Assembly (NCBI GenBank): GCA_951406725.2
Contig: OX597822.1
Span: 32,426,001 to 32,490,000, forward strand
Direction of reading: 5' to 3'
Source of the DNA: Octopus vulgaris
Taxonomy: Eukaryota
DNA length: 64,000 nt
Each line of letters starts with the position of its first letter. The first letter of the stretch is position 1. Position numbers and translations under genes: made by a program. Of the stretch, positions 1 through 13,090 are shown in pieces. The notes below the pieces were generated by a model. That model ran no database searches. It was not told the origin of the DNA and worked only from the letters and a program-made list of their open reading frames with translations.

Positions 1-611
1 TCCGCATTAAAATGCAGATTAAATATTTGAGTCTTACCTCGTAATTAAAATTTTGTAATACATTTCAAACTGTACTCTACAAACCAGCTGTATATAGATT
101 AGTTTACTCATTAGAGACATTTCCTTGTCTCTATCATGTATTTTCAAATACACATTAAGTCACACGTAAGTATTTTTAATCCATATGTAGCTATTTTAGC
201 AGAAATGTTGGCGCAACACAGGGAAAGGGTAGCATATATTTCTTGCTGTTTACTTTCTAAATTAGAATTCCTCCAAATTTGAATTGCCCTCATTCATTTC
301 AGTATCGATAAAAAAAAATGATTGTCAAGTACTGTGGTGGTGATGTAATCAACCTGCACCTTTCCCTAAGATTGTTGGCCTCGTGTCAAGATTTGAAACT
401 ATCATCATCATCCTTAATATTATTGTTGTTGCTGTTTTTGCCGTTGTTGTTGTCGTCTTCCTCCTCCGTTCGTCTGTATGTTCTGAGATCTAATTCCACA
501 GCGGTTGACTTTGCCTTTCATAAAATAAATACCAGTTGACTAATGAGGTCGATGTAATTGACTATCTCCCTTCCCTCAAAATTTCAGTCCTTGTTTCTAT
601 AGTACAAACAT

Positions 612-641
612 TATTGTTGTTGTTGTTATTGATGTTGCTGC

Positions 642-678
<37 letters not shown>

Positions 679-679
679 G
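612..679. repeat. (TTG)n microsatellite
   Basis: Directly visible. Confidence 0.95.
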
Positions 680-1059
680 CATATCCTGCCCTACAGTCGC
701 TGATGCTACTCATGTTGTCTTTCATAAGATTTGCTATTGCGCATGTTCAACGTCGTTTATCGTAGTGAAGACACGATTCAGAAACTCATGGTTCAGAAGT
801 TTCAGTGACTTGGTTGAAGATTTGGGTCATAAAAATTATTGTAGAGTCAAATGCGTACCTAAGAGGTATTGATCTGAGTCAGCTTTTGCGGTCGTTTACT
901 TTGTAAAAACAACGCTTGCATGTGCACTGGTGCTAAATTCAATCTTCTGTAAGGCCGACACCTTTGTATTCATTATTCAGCAACGAGGAGGCGGAGGACT
1001 TTGCCCTGACCTACTACTTGATAGATATGAATGTGTGTATGTCTCCGTGTGTGTGTTTC

Positions 1060-1100
<41 letters not shown>

Positions 1101-1109
1101 TTTCTTTTT

Positions 1110-1546
<437 letters not shown>

Positions 1547-2934
1547 TATGTGTGTGTATTATATTAATAAGAATAAAGAGTATGCAGATTTGTTTGTCCA
1601 TAAAATTTACTGTTTAATTGTATACAGCATATTATAGTGACCTAAGCGTCTTTCAACTACAGCGACTTAGTGCAGCAACTCACTGTTGTAAACGCAACCT
1701 TGCAATGTTGTCGGTGCAACTTCGTCCGGGCGGTTCAGTTGATCATCCTTGAAGTGGATTTATTGAAATTTAATTTTTGTGAGTTAATGTTCTGTGGGAG
1801 GTGTGGCTGTTGTTATTTATAGGCATGTGCTGTTGATTTCAACTTCACTGCTGTCGCCGTACGAAGTTAGGTTGTCGTGTTAAAATAGGGTAACGTTGAG
1901 ATTATAACCCACAGTGCTCTTAGGTAAGAACAATACACACACATTCAACGCATCGAATGAGAGGGGCATTAAATTAGACAGCAAGCTGTTGAACTGATCA
2001 CGATCCTGAAGGATCAGAATAATGGATTTCATATAGATCGCACATTAACCAACTAGAGTTCTTTCATAAAGGTAATTTTCAATCAATCTAAGGTTACACA
2101 GTTGATGTCAAAATATCTTGAACCTCTTTGTTGAGTGAAAAAATTGGAGGAATTGAGTCATTTTTCATGTAAGGAAAGCTATCCTGTTTAGTCATGTCAT
2201 CTAAATACTCGACAGAAGAACTCTTAATGCCCTCATTAACAACCAGCTTGATAGTGGGCACATACAGGTTGGATGAGTATGGCTGATCTTCAATTACAAA
2301 TGGGAGAATAATCAGAATGATCTGAGGTATGTGTTCTAAGAGAGGATCAGGAATTTTGATCTGGTTTTAGCTATCGTCTACGAGAAGTGTGACCACAAAA
2401 TCATTACGAATGCCATTCCAACTTAAACATCAAAGCTGAATAAACCGTTGGAGACACAAATCCACCATGTATAGATATATAGATAGATAGATAGATACCA
2501 ACATAACACACGTACATATATATAAACACACATACGCACTCACATATATATATTTATTTACATATACAAACAAATACAGCTATACATATCCACATATGGG
2601 TATATATATATGTGTGTGTGTGTGTGTGTTTGTGTGTGTGTATGTGTGTGTATATATAAGCATTATAAAACAATCTCAAATATACATACTTCTATTTCGC
2701 TTTCCTTATATATATATATTATATGCATGTTAGTATGTACATCTGTATGTATATATGTATACATTTTATGTGCGTGTACGCAGTGTGTGCACGTGTGTGT
2801 GCGTGCGTGAGTGTTTGTGCGCGTATGTATTATGTATATATGTATAAAATTATTATGTGTATATTTATATAAATATATATGATTTTTATTTATATACAGG
2901 CTCTGCAGGGACAACCATCATTTTGAAACTCAGT

Positions 2935-3800
2935 TTCAACTCATAGTTCGCCACTTCATCCTTACCACGGCACGTGTTGTGCACCGTGACTTTGCTCTCT
3001 CTCCTCGTTTCCCTTCACCTACTACCCCGCCACCCTGCTCTTCCAACGCACCATTCTCTGAGCCTTCCGGCGACTCCGGTCCGAGTATCTGCGCCTCGCA
3101 CATTTTCCGCAACCTACATTTTCCCTCCATCAAATGAGCCCACAAGGTGTGTGACCTCCTGGTCCACAATTTCTTCCCTAGCACCACCTTCCAGTCTGGC
3201 TCGTTCCCATGCTCTCGCTCCGTTGCTCTACTTGCCCCTACCTCTCCAACACAACTATCCTAACTGGCACTTATCATCGCCTCTATCATATCACCGACTA
3301 CCTTACCTGCACTTCTACCTGCACTTGTACATCTGTCAAACGAAACGCCATTTGGTTGTCCGGTTCGCAAAGCGCATCTGAGACATCAGACTCGGGAGTG
3401 ACACTCCGCTCTACCGGTCATTCACTACAACACCTGTCTGTGTTCGGACTGTCTTTGCACAGGGGCCATCAGGACTCTCGCCTTCGCAGTGAACACGATT
3501 TAATCTTCTCTCTTTGCTTTCTTGCGCCACGTGGGTTCAGCAGCCCTCCTTTCTTCAGCTAACACCTTCCTCTCCTCTCTTCCTCCGACACCTACTTCTT
3601 CTCTTCACTCATACCCACTTTTTCTCTTCATTGATAGCACCCCCATTTCCACATACACCACTCCCACCACACCCACACACATCCCACCACATCCACCTGA
3701 AACGCAAAAGAGTCTTTCACGTTCCCGAACGTCTCATTAGTACATATGCTTGTTGTTCATACACCTGTGTTCGTTTTTCGTTTTTCTATAAATTTCAACT
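2935..3800 (+). mobile_element. Degenerate Penelope-like element 3' fragment (Neptune-like GIY-YIG family)
   Basis: Frameshifted peptide remnants ([20 protein letters not shown]) match the 28571-29250 copy. A pyrimidine/CAC-rich 3' region follows. The terminus resembles the other copies and runs into (TA)n. Confidence 0.8.
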
Positions 3801-3865
3801 ATATATATATATATCTACCTAGGTGACACGTCCCTGATACATGCATACATAAATAATACATAGAG

Positions 3866-3941
<76 letters not shown>

Positions 3942-4218
3942 CAGAGGGAGAGAGAGAAAGACAGATATGTACGTATGTATGTATGTATGTATGTATCAGC
4001 TACGTGCCGCCAAGGTGACAACGTTTTCCTTTTATGGCAAAAATTTGCACCTAATTCAATAAAATTATGAAGGTTACTCTGATTACTATGCAGAAAATAC
4101 AAAATATTTTATGTTTTTCCAGGTTAGTCAATTTCATTATTTAAACTACGCGTAGTACTGCTATTGTACACTCCTATAAAATCGTTTTGTAAAAGAAATC
4201 AAGAATATACATATATAT

Positions 4219-4593
<375 letters not shown>

Positions 4594-4600
4594 TATATAC

Positions 4601-4728
<128 letters not shown>

Positions 4729-4820
4729 GATTGATTGATTGATTGATTGATTCTAGTTTCAGCCTATGAGCTGTGGCCATGCTAGGGCACCGCCATTTGG
4801 TGTTGCTACTTGGTTTCACT

Positions 4821-7817
4821 TCATGGAGGCTTTCTAGCAACTGCTATTTGGTGCATGAGAGAGTTCGATGCAGCTGCCCTCATCTGCCCCTCCTGCCGTG
4901 AAGTTGGTTCATCTGGAACACCTGACAGGAAGAGATCCAGCTTCATTTTAAAGACATCTGTATCCACCCCATGCAGGTCTCTCAGGTTCTTCGGGAGGAT
5001 ATTGAAGAGCTGTGGGCCTCGGAAGCCCAGGCTATCACAGAATCTTGTCCTACATCTTGATGGCAGGTTTGGAGTCCTAGGCACCACGCATTGGCGCCCA
5101 GTTCTGGCATTTGCGTAACTCTCGATGCCAAAGTTCAGGACACTTCCCTCCAGGATCTTCCAGATGTATATTATGGCATATCTTTCCCGCCTACGCTCCA
5201 GGGAATATAATTTTAATCTCTTGAGTCTTTCCCAGTAGCTTACATTCTGCATAGAGGCTATCTTCTTTGTGTAGCTTCGTTGGATCGCCTCAAGTTCTGT
5301 GATCAACTTGACACTGGATGGTGACCATAGCTGAGAGCAATAGTCAAAGTGGCTTAGGACAAGTGTCTTCCAGAGGACCATCATGGTTTCTTGTTCTCTT
5401 GTTCTAAAGGTTCTAAGAATCCAGCCAGCCAGCCGTCTACATTTCATTGTCAGTTTAGCAACATGTACATGAAAGGTCGCGTCATCACTCATGTGAATAC
5501 CCAGGTCACGCACTGATTGTGCCTCTGGGATTGCAATCCCTCCGGGTCCAGTGTATTCATTGGGTATTGCATTCAGTTTTGCATGCTGATAGTATAAAGC
5601 TTGAAACTTTCCAGCATTGAACTGCATGCTATTGTTTTTAGCCCCCTTGTATATTTCGTCCAGCTCACATTGCAGGTGTTTAGTGTCCTCAGGGTTCTGT
5701 ATTGCCTGTGAAACTTTTGTATCGTCTGCATAACTTGTGATCGTGGCTCTCTGCGTGGCTGAGGGCATGTCTGAGAGGGCCATTATGAACAGTAGTGGTC
5801 CCAGAACAGTGCCCTGCGGAACACCGCTCACTATTTGTGTGTTAATGGAGGTGGCCCCATTGGCTACTACCACCTGACTTCTATCCTTCAGAAAGTCATG
5901 AAGCCATTCTCCCAGTTTTCCAACTATGTTGAGATCACGCAGTTTGTGACATATCATTCCATGATCGACTTTATCAAAGGCCTTTGCAAAGTCGAGATAT
6001 ATCACTTCCACATTTGAGTGGTTGAGCAGCCGTTTCAGCACCCAGTCATAGTGTTGTAGGAGCTGAGTTAAACAGCTTCTCCCTGGTCGGAAACCATGTT
6101 GGGTGTCGGGCAGCAAGTCATTCTCTTCAAGGAAGGTGATCAGCTTCCTTCTGACTATTCGTTCCATGACCTTGCTGATGTGTGAGGTCAGAGCGATAGG
6201 TCTATAGTTCTTGGCTTCCGCTCTGCTACCTCCTTTATGAATGGGGCATATTTTACCTTCCTTCAGTTTTCCTGGAAGTTTGCCAGCTGCAAGGAAGCTC
6301 TGAAAGAGGAACTGCAGTGGTCTTGCTAGGACTCTCTTACATGCTTTTAGGAGGATTGCCGGGAATCCATCGGGGCCAGTAGCTGAGTCTGTTTTCATTT
6401 CATCTATAGCCTTGGTTACATCGTCTTCCTTTATATCGATGTAATTTATCGTCGCCGCCTCTGATTTTATATCTGCAGTGGTAAAAAAGTCAGTTGGATT
6501 GGTGATTTGGAGATGCCCAAGGGGTGGAGTGAAAACACTCTTGAATTGCTCATTCAGTATTTCACTTACCCTCATTGGTTTTCCTGTAAGTGTGCCATCC
6601 TTTTCGAGGAGTGGCCCTATTCTACAGTGCACTGTAGCTGTTTCTTTGGCATACCTGTAGAAAGCTCTGGGGTTAGATTTTATGTTTTCTATAGCCCAGG
6701 CTTCTTTGTCTGCTCTTTCTTTTTCATGGGAGAGTTGCAGACATTTTTCGATTTCCAACAGTTTTATTTTTAGGCGGGACTTTTCACTGCTTTCAATCTG
6801 TTTGTTTAGGCGATTTGAAAATTTCGTACGCCGTCTCATTAAAATTTTCCTCTCTCTGGGGATTTTGTTCTTGTGTATAGTGGCCTTTCTCTCTGGGACA
6901 CATTTGTAGCATATGGCTTGCATTACAGACATGAATTGTTGAAGTTTCACGTCGATGTCTGGCGAGGAGAGACATTTAGGCCAGTTTTGTTTGAGGATCT
7001 CTTTCTCAATTTGTTTCCAGTTTGCCTTATGGTAGTTCAAGCTGGAAAGATTTTGAGGGTTTCTTGTAGGCTGCATGTCCGTGCTCTCTTTTGGCCCGTA
7101 CATGGTCAGCTCTATCATGTTGTGATCCGAGAGTAGTGTCGGTGTCACTTTCACATTATGGATGAGATCCATGTCATTTGTGAAGCAGAGATCCAGTGTG
7201 TTACCTGCCCTGGTTGGTTGGAGTATTACCTGCTCCATGTACAGGGTGTTGATGAGGTTCAGGAGGGACATCGCCTGTCCTCGTTCACATCTTGTCATTC
7301 CTGGGAGAGAAAGGCCCTCGGGCCATCTGACATTGGGCAGATTGAAGTCTCCCATAAGAAGCACACCTATGTGTTGTTCTAATGTGGTTAGAATTTCTTC
7401 TATTTTTATAAGGCAGTCTTCAAACTTGCCCACATGGCTTGGGGCATCTGGAGGGCGATATGTAGCACACACAACTACATCAAGTTGCTTAATATGTACA
7501 ATTAGTGTGTCACACACCGAGTTTGAGTATGACAAGAGGACCTGGGGTGTGAGTTCCTCACGGATATACATAGCAACACCTCCATGACTCCTTTCTTTCC
7601 TGTCGGTCCGTAGTACAGCATACTGTGGTATGTGTAACTCCGCATCTGCTATGTCCGGTTTCAGGTGCGTTTCTGTAAGTGCCATGCATATGGCTTGATT
7701 GCATGCAACAAAGTCTCTCAGGAACGGGATCTTTGTCCTGTTACTGAGTGTTTGCAGTCCTCTGATGTTCAGTAGGAGTATCGAGGTGAGGTGTACGTTG
7801 TTGCCGGCGGTGTCCAT
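4821..7817 (-). CDS. LINE ORF2: apurinic-like endonuclease + reverse transcriptase (first ATG at 7817; the frame stays open upstream to ~7964)
   Basis: APE motifs: [47 protein letters not shown] motifs: [58 protein letters not shown]1-type C-terminus [19 protein letters not shown]. No stops over ~1000 aa. Confidence 0.96.
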   Translation of the reverse strand: MDTAGNNVHLTSILLLNIRGLQTLSNRTKIPFLRDFVACNQAICMALTETHLKPDIADAELHIPQYAVLRTDRKERSHGGVAMYIREELTPQVLLSYSNSVCDTLIVHIKQLDVVVCATYRPPDAPSHVGKFEDCLIKIEEILTTLEQHIGVLLMGDFNLPNVRWPEGLSLPGMTRCERGQAMSLLNLINTLYMEQVILQPTRAGNTLDLCFTNDMDLIHNVKVTPTLLSDHNMIELTMYGPKESTDMQPTRNPQNLSSLNYHKANWKQIEKEILKQNWPKCLSSPDIDVKLQQFMSVMQAICYKCVPERKATIHKNKIPRERKILMRRRTKFSNRLNKQIESSEKSRLKIKLLEIEKCLQLSHEKERADKEAWAIENIKSNPRAFYRYAKETATVHCRIGPLLEKDGTLTGKPMRVSEILNEQFKSVFTPPLGHLQITNPTDFFTTADIKSEAATINYIDIKEDDVTKAIDEMKTDSATGPDGFPAILLKACKRVLARPLQFLFQSFLAAGKLPGKLKEGKICPIHKGGSRAEAKNYRPIALTSHISKVMERIVRRKLITFLEENDLLPDTQHGFRPGRSCLTQLLQHYDWVLKRLLNHSNVEVIYLDFAKAFDKVDHGMICHKLRDLNIVGKLGEWLHDFLKDRSQVVVANGATSINTQIVSGVPQGTVLGPLLFIMALSDMPSATQRATITSYADDTKVSQAIQNPEDTKHLQCELDEIYKGAKNNSMQFNAGKFQALYYQHAKLNAIPNEYTGPGGIAIPEAQSVRDLGIHMSDDATFHVHVAKLTMKCRRLAGWILRTFRTREQETMMVLWKTLVLSHFDYCSQLWSPSSVKLITELEAIQRSYTKKIASMQNVSYWERLKRLKLYSLERRRERYAIIYIWKILEGSVLNFGIESYANARTGRQCVVPRTPNLPSRCRTRFCDSLGFRGPQLFNILPKNLRDLHGVDTDVFKMKLDLFLSGVPDEPTSRQEGQMRAAASNSLMHQIAVARKPP

Positions 7818-8547
7818 CCTGTGTCTGTTTGCTGTGGTGGTCTGGTATATAGTGGGTAGTCCCACCTGCGGGCTTGGGTTTGATGAAGCCAGGTCAGCTG
7901 CTGTACAATCTTTTGTGCCATGCACAAAAAAGATTGTTGCTCAGCAGCTGCTCTTTCGACAACATCATGTTGGCTGTTTGTGGCGCGCACAACATCTGCG
8001 TACCTCCGCTTTGGGGCAGGTGGTGCGTGGTCCATCCCTTTTCTTTGTGTTGATGGTTTGTCCATCTGCCTCGTGTCTCTGTGGCAGGGTCCCCGATGTG
8101 CAAAGCGGCAGCCTGCACCTTCCTTTCCATGCCAGCAGGAACCTCTCAGGTAGAACATACACACCCGTGTGCGCTGTTTGGTTCCATCCTTTGCGGTTCC
8201 ACTTCTATTTCTGGTTGTTTCACTCTTTGGTCCTGCTTGAGCTTTTTCTTTTCCTTTAGCTCTTCCAGTCCTTCTTTTAGTTCTTCTTCCTCCCTTTACC
8301 TCTTCACCGGGTTCTCCGTCTCCATGGCCCTTGCTGCCGGTTGGAGAACTTGCACCTGGGTTCACTTCCCGGGCAGGTTTCTCATTCAAAACCTCCTCCC
8401 GGGCGTCCACCAGGTGGGGGTGACTTCTTTCATCGTCTCCATTCTTGCCATCTTTGCCCCGCTCGTTCTCGAAGATGGCATCAAGTGCGCCAATGTGCGA
8501 CCGTACAAGCGCATATGAGCGCACGAATTCCTGTCTCTTTCCTGTCC

Positions 8548-8550
<3 letters not shown>
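7769..8550 (-). CDS. LINE ORF1 C-terminal part (5'-truncated) with a CCCH-type zinc finger
   Basis: Open frame from the (TA)n junction to a stop at 7769. A basic region is followed by [22 protein letters not shown] (C-x7-C-x8-C-x3-H). Overlaps the start of ORF2. Confidence 0.75.
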
Positions 8551-8618
<68 letters not shown>

Positions 8619-8653
8619 CATATATATATATATTTATATATATATATATATAC

Positions 8654-8762
<109 letters not shown>

Positions 8763-8769
8763 TATACAT

Positions 8770-8807
<38 letters not shown>

Positions 8808-9603
8808 CTGTAAGATCCAGGTATCGAGGAATAGGAAGAAAGTCAGCTTCATGCAGTCGCTAGTAAATATAAAAAAACAACTTTCAGGGAAAATAGTGGT
8901 TTATCGAGACAGGTTTGTGGATCTTATTCTTATCGAAGAACGCTTATTTGAGAAAAATGTTGCTTTTATATTCCACAGTCGGCGACCTTGTTTGCCGGGT
9001 GTGCGAATAAGTAGACACGAGTTACGGAATGGAGTAGGTAATATCTGGGTTACAAATGTTTCATAGCGGGTGGAACCTCAGATGTGGTAAAAATCCAAAC
9101 GCGGTGTTTAGCGCCGGCTACTATTTAAGCTCAGTATGTTTTGGTTAAAGGTTATATAAATGTTATATTGTCGCAAGTGTTTGCTTGAGTCTTCTGCGCC
9201 TCAACATGCACATCCTTGCTGCAATGTAATATTTAATTTAACCAAAGCATCCTGGGCCTGGTGAGTAGCCGGTGGTATACTTCTAGCCGGCGAGCTGGCA
9301 GAATCGTTAGCACGTCGGGCTAAATGCTTAGCGGTATTTCGGCTGCCGTAACGTTGTGAGTTCAAATTCCGCCGAGGTCGACTTTGCCTTTCATCCTTTC
9401 GGGGTCGATAAATTAAGTATCAGTTACGCACTGGTGTCTATGTAATCGACTTAATACCTATGTTTGTCCCCTCTATGTTTAGCCCCTTGTGGGTAATAAA
9501 GAAATAGGTATACTTCTAGCCTGTATTTTTACCACTTCTGAGATTCCGCCTGCTATGAAACATATGTAGCCCGCCGGTTCTTACCTACTCCATTCCGTAA
9601 CTC

Positions 9604-9606
<3 letters not shown>
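8808..9606. mobile_element. Fold-back element: tail 8808-9013, diverged inverted arms ~9014-9097 / ~9522-9606, with a SINE nested inside
   Basis: gagttacggaatggagtaggtaa...tgtttcatagcgggtggaacctcagatgtggtaaaaat pairs with atttttaccacttctgagattccgcctgctatgaaaca...ttacctactcccattccgtaactc. Confidence 0.75.
9289..9506 (+). mobile_element. SINE family B (GGCGAGCTGGCAGAA head) with 15-bp TSD
   Basis: TSD ggtatacttctagcc at 9274-9288 and 9507-9521. B-box-like gagttcaaattcc. Confidence 0.88.
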
Positions 9607-9636
<30 letters not shown>

Positions 9637-9646
9637 TGTATGTATT

Positions 9647-9677
<31 letters not shown>

Positions 9678-10311
9678 GTATATATGTAAACGCACACATT
9701 TCTCTGTGGTTATTAAACAATAGTGAGCATGGAAACATCATATTAAAAGCCAGACTTCTAATATGTATTTGAATATATATGCTTTTAAGTTTCCTTGATA
9801 ATACAATTATATGAAATTATATCAAAGCATTTCTGCAACTACTGTCCTAAAAAATAAAATTTTAATAACTGGCATTGTGTTAGATCTATAATTAAAATAA
9901 ATCGACATAAACAATGTAATACTTTTGAATAATATAATTATCGTAGATACACAAATTGCAAACTTGCCTGTTATGTCTAACTTGGAATAAATACAAAATA
10001 TGCTTTATTATAATTTAAACTAGATATTTATTTATCCAGTTTATATGCTGCTATACGCGGCTATTTAAAGACATGTTCTTCTCAAGTTATTTTCGAATGT
10101 AGCCGCGAATATAGATATCTAAAGTTTTATTATGCATGTATAGCTGATAACTTTTACATAAAGCCAGCTGTCACTTGCTAGGCTAATATAGCTTGGTAGC
10201 ATGTATCACGATATCGCTAGTTGTTTTAGGTACTTATAGTACACCGAATAAGCCAAAATAACTCCTCGGCTACCTCAGCAGAGTGCATAGTTCATTAGTA
10301 GCTGTATATGT

Positions 10312-10916
10312 AAGGCGGCGAGCTGGCAGAAACGTTAGCACGCCGGGTGAAATGCGTAGCCGTATTTCATCCGCCGTTAAGTTCTGAGTTCAAATTCCGC
10401 CGAGGTCGACTTTGCCTTTCATTCTTTCGGGGTCCATAAATTAAGTACCAGTTACGCACTGAAGTCGATGTAATCGGCTTAATCCCTTTGATTGTCCTTG
10501 TTTGTCCTCTCTGTGTTTAGCCCCTTCTGGGTAGTAAAGAAATAGGTATTTCGTCTGCCGCTACGTTCTGAGTTGAAATTCAGCCGAGGTCAACCTTGCC
10601 TTTCATCCTTTTGGGGGTCGATTAAATAAGTACCAGTTACGCACTGGGGTCGATATAATCGACTTAATGCGTTTGTCTCTACTTGTTTGTCTCTTCTGTG
10701 TTTAGTCCCTTGTGGGCAGTAAAGAAACAGGTATTTCGTCTGCCGCTACGTTCTGAGTTCAAATTCCGCCGAGATCGAGTTTGCCTTTCATCGTTTCAGG
10801 GGTCGATAAATTAAGTACTAGTTACACACTGGGGTCGATGTAATCGACTTAATTCCTTTGTCTGTACTTGTTTCTCCCCTCTATGCTTAGCGCCCTGAGT
10901 GCAATAAAATTATAAA
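10312..10916 (+). mobile_element. SINE family B head-to-tail trimer with a single TSD
   Basis: One full unit plus two ~185-bp units restarting at GGTATTTCGTCTGCCG (10545, 10730). TSD gtagctRtatatgt at 10298-10311 and 10917-10930. Confidence 0.88.
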
Positions 10917-12638
10917 GTAGCTATATATGTTTGAATTGTAACACAGATATCAGTTTGATGCTTTCCCTACTGATTCGTGTGAGTAAACCAGAGCCGTACG
11001 AGTCAGAGCTATGTTTCAAGAAACCGCTTCGTGTGTGTGTGCGTGTGTCTGCGGCTTTTTCAGGCTCCGCATAGATCCCAGATCAAAATTCGGAAATGCA
11101 GAAATATAGTATTCAGCCAACACCTCGACATTTGCGCCAATAACAAACAACCCAGGTTCAGAATTTTTCCCCTCTATCAATGCAGGGACGATGCAACCTG
11201 TAGTCAGCGCATTAGTAAAGAGTGATACTTTATCACAAAATATAAACCCCTTTTGAAAGCGTCCACCACAAATGACTCTATTACAAGGGCCTTAGAATAA
11301 TAATACCCACGCAAATATTAAAAACGATATATTCAGAATACTGTAAACAACTATATTACTGTAAAGAACTAAAATAAATGTATATCTAAATAAAAAAAAT
11401 TTTTAATACTTTTTATGTAGTGCTGGAAGGAAGCTCTGGCTTTCTTTAGGAGTGGTCCACATAACCATTCATGATACAGAGGCTGGGAGCCTATTTCAGT
11501 TCGGGAATGAATAGTCATCACATGTCACTTAGTCGCAAAAACATGTGATATAGCTGCAATTGAATGCTGTTTCACCAACAAGAATGTGAGTTCTGTAAGA
11601 CATCACCCAGTAATCTATTAAGTTCGTTTAATATTCCAAAACACATACTGCTGTTATGACTTCTCTCCCTCATTTCATGCCGCCATCTTAGATAGGTAGA
11701 TTTGCTAGTATACATAATTTTAGAATGGTATCATGAATAGCTTATACTATATCTATGTTCCACTAATTGCATGGGGTTATGTCGATGCTGTGGAAATTGT
11801 GGCACAATCTTATATTAATATTTCATCATCTACTGAAATAATATTTTGAACTGCTTTGGAGAAATCACTTTCATAGAACTTAATGTACAAGAAAGGATAT
11901 CACTTAATTTTCACAATTGAACTTATTAACAGAAAAGCTCTTCCCCAGAAAATAATATTTTCGCTTGTCTCCTATAAGATGAAATGAGAATATATGCATC
12001 GCAGCACATCTCAGCTTCAGTCTGAATAGAAGTAAGACACAACTGGCGTAAATCTATGAAATTCTTTCCAACTTCAGAGCAAAATCATGAATACATTTTT
12101 AAAGATAAGTGTTTAAGTCTAAATAATATATACGCTCAAACACACACATACATACGTATGTGCGCACACGCACACACAAACACAGACTCAAACACGAACA
12201 CACACACATATTTAGAAATACAATATTAATTCACTAAAAGTGGAATCAAATACCAGACTAGATCGGGTTCTCAATATAACTTCTAAAGTGTATATATGTT
12301 ATCAACAAATCTCAATAGTGCTGGCGTGGTACATAATCTTAGAAATAGTTTATTCAATTCAGAAGACAAATAAGAGGATGAAAGGGAAACACGGTTTATA
12401 TAATGTACCCGTATAGATCTAAGATATTGATCAGTACATAAAATTATCTAACATACCAATATTAAGGTGTTTGCATCTAACTCTTAAAATGGTTATCAGA
12501 AGCCTAAATGGAATATTTACTTTCCCGGTATAAATAACGTAGAGAGAAACGCAGCTTCCTTGAATTTATAATTTCGGTTCTAACTTATGACAAGTGTTTC
12601 CTGAAAGGTAGTATAATGCATTAGTTTAATTTAATATA

Positions 12639-12706
<68 letters not shown>

Positions 12707-12708
<2 letters not shown>

Positions 12709-13090
12709 AAGCACTCCGTCGGTTACGACGACGAGGGTTCCGGTTGATCCGAGTCAACGGAACAGCCTGCTCGTGAAATTAACGTGTAAGTAGCTGAGCA
12801 CTCCACAGACACGTGTACCCTTAACGTAGTTCTCGGGGATATTCAGCGTGACACAGAGAGTGACAAGGCCGGCCCTTTGAAATACAAGGTACAACAGAAA
12901 CAGGAAGTAAGAGTGAGAGAAAGTTGTGGTGAAAGAGTACAGCAGGGATCACCACCATCCCCTGCCGGAGCCTCGTGGAGCTTTAGGTGTTTTCGCTCAA
13001 TAAACACTCACAATGCCGGTCTGGGAATGGAAACCGCGATCCTATGACCGCGAGTCCGCTGTCCTAACCACTGGGCCATTGCACCTCCAC
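12707..13090 (-). mobile_element. Full-length tRNA-derived SINE (Arg-like head; family A) in (TA)n
   Basis: - strand starts gtggaggtgcaatggcccagtggttaggacagcggactcgcggtc (A-box), then a B-box-like ggtttccattccc. The tail ends ...gacggagtgcttcca|(TA)n. Confidence 0.85.

Larger units (their letters stand above)
4729..8550 (-). mobile_element. Young CR1-group non-LTR retrotransposon (LINE), 5'-truncated within ORF1, with (AATC)n 3' tail, inserted in a (TA)n array
   Basis: Contains ORF1 and an uninterrupted ORF2. The 3' tail reads gattgattgatt... on + at 4729-4752. (TA)n lies directly on both sides (about 4468-4728 and 8551-8807). GC content is clearly higher than in the flanks. Confidence 0.93.

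Noticed and set aside
1990-2460. Faint similarity to a decayed PLE GIY-YIG region
   Set aside because: The motifs are too degenerate to support without a profile search.
10312-10916. Regularly spaced repeats resembling a CRISPR array or satellite
   Set aside because: The units are ~185-bp SINE bodies with no unique spacers. The context is eukaryotic and there are no cas genes.
11420-11960. Possible DNA-transposase relic (similar impression at 13320-13720)
   Set aside because: No diagnostic catalytic motif could be read with confidence.
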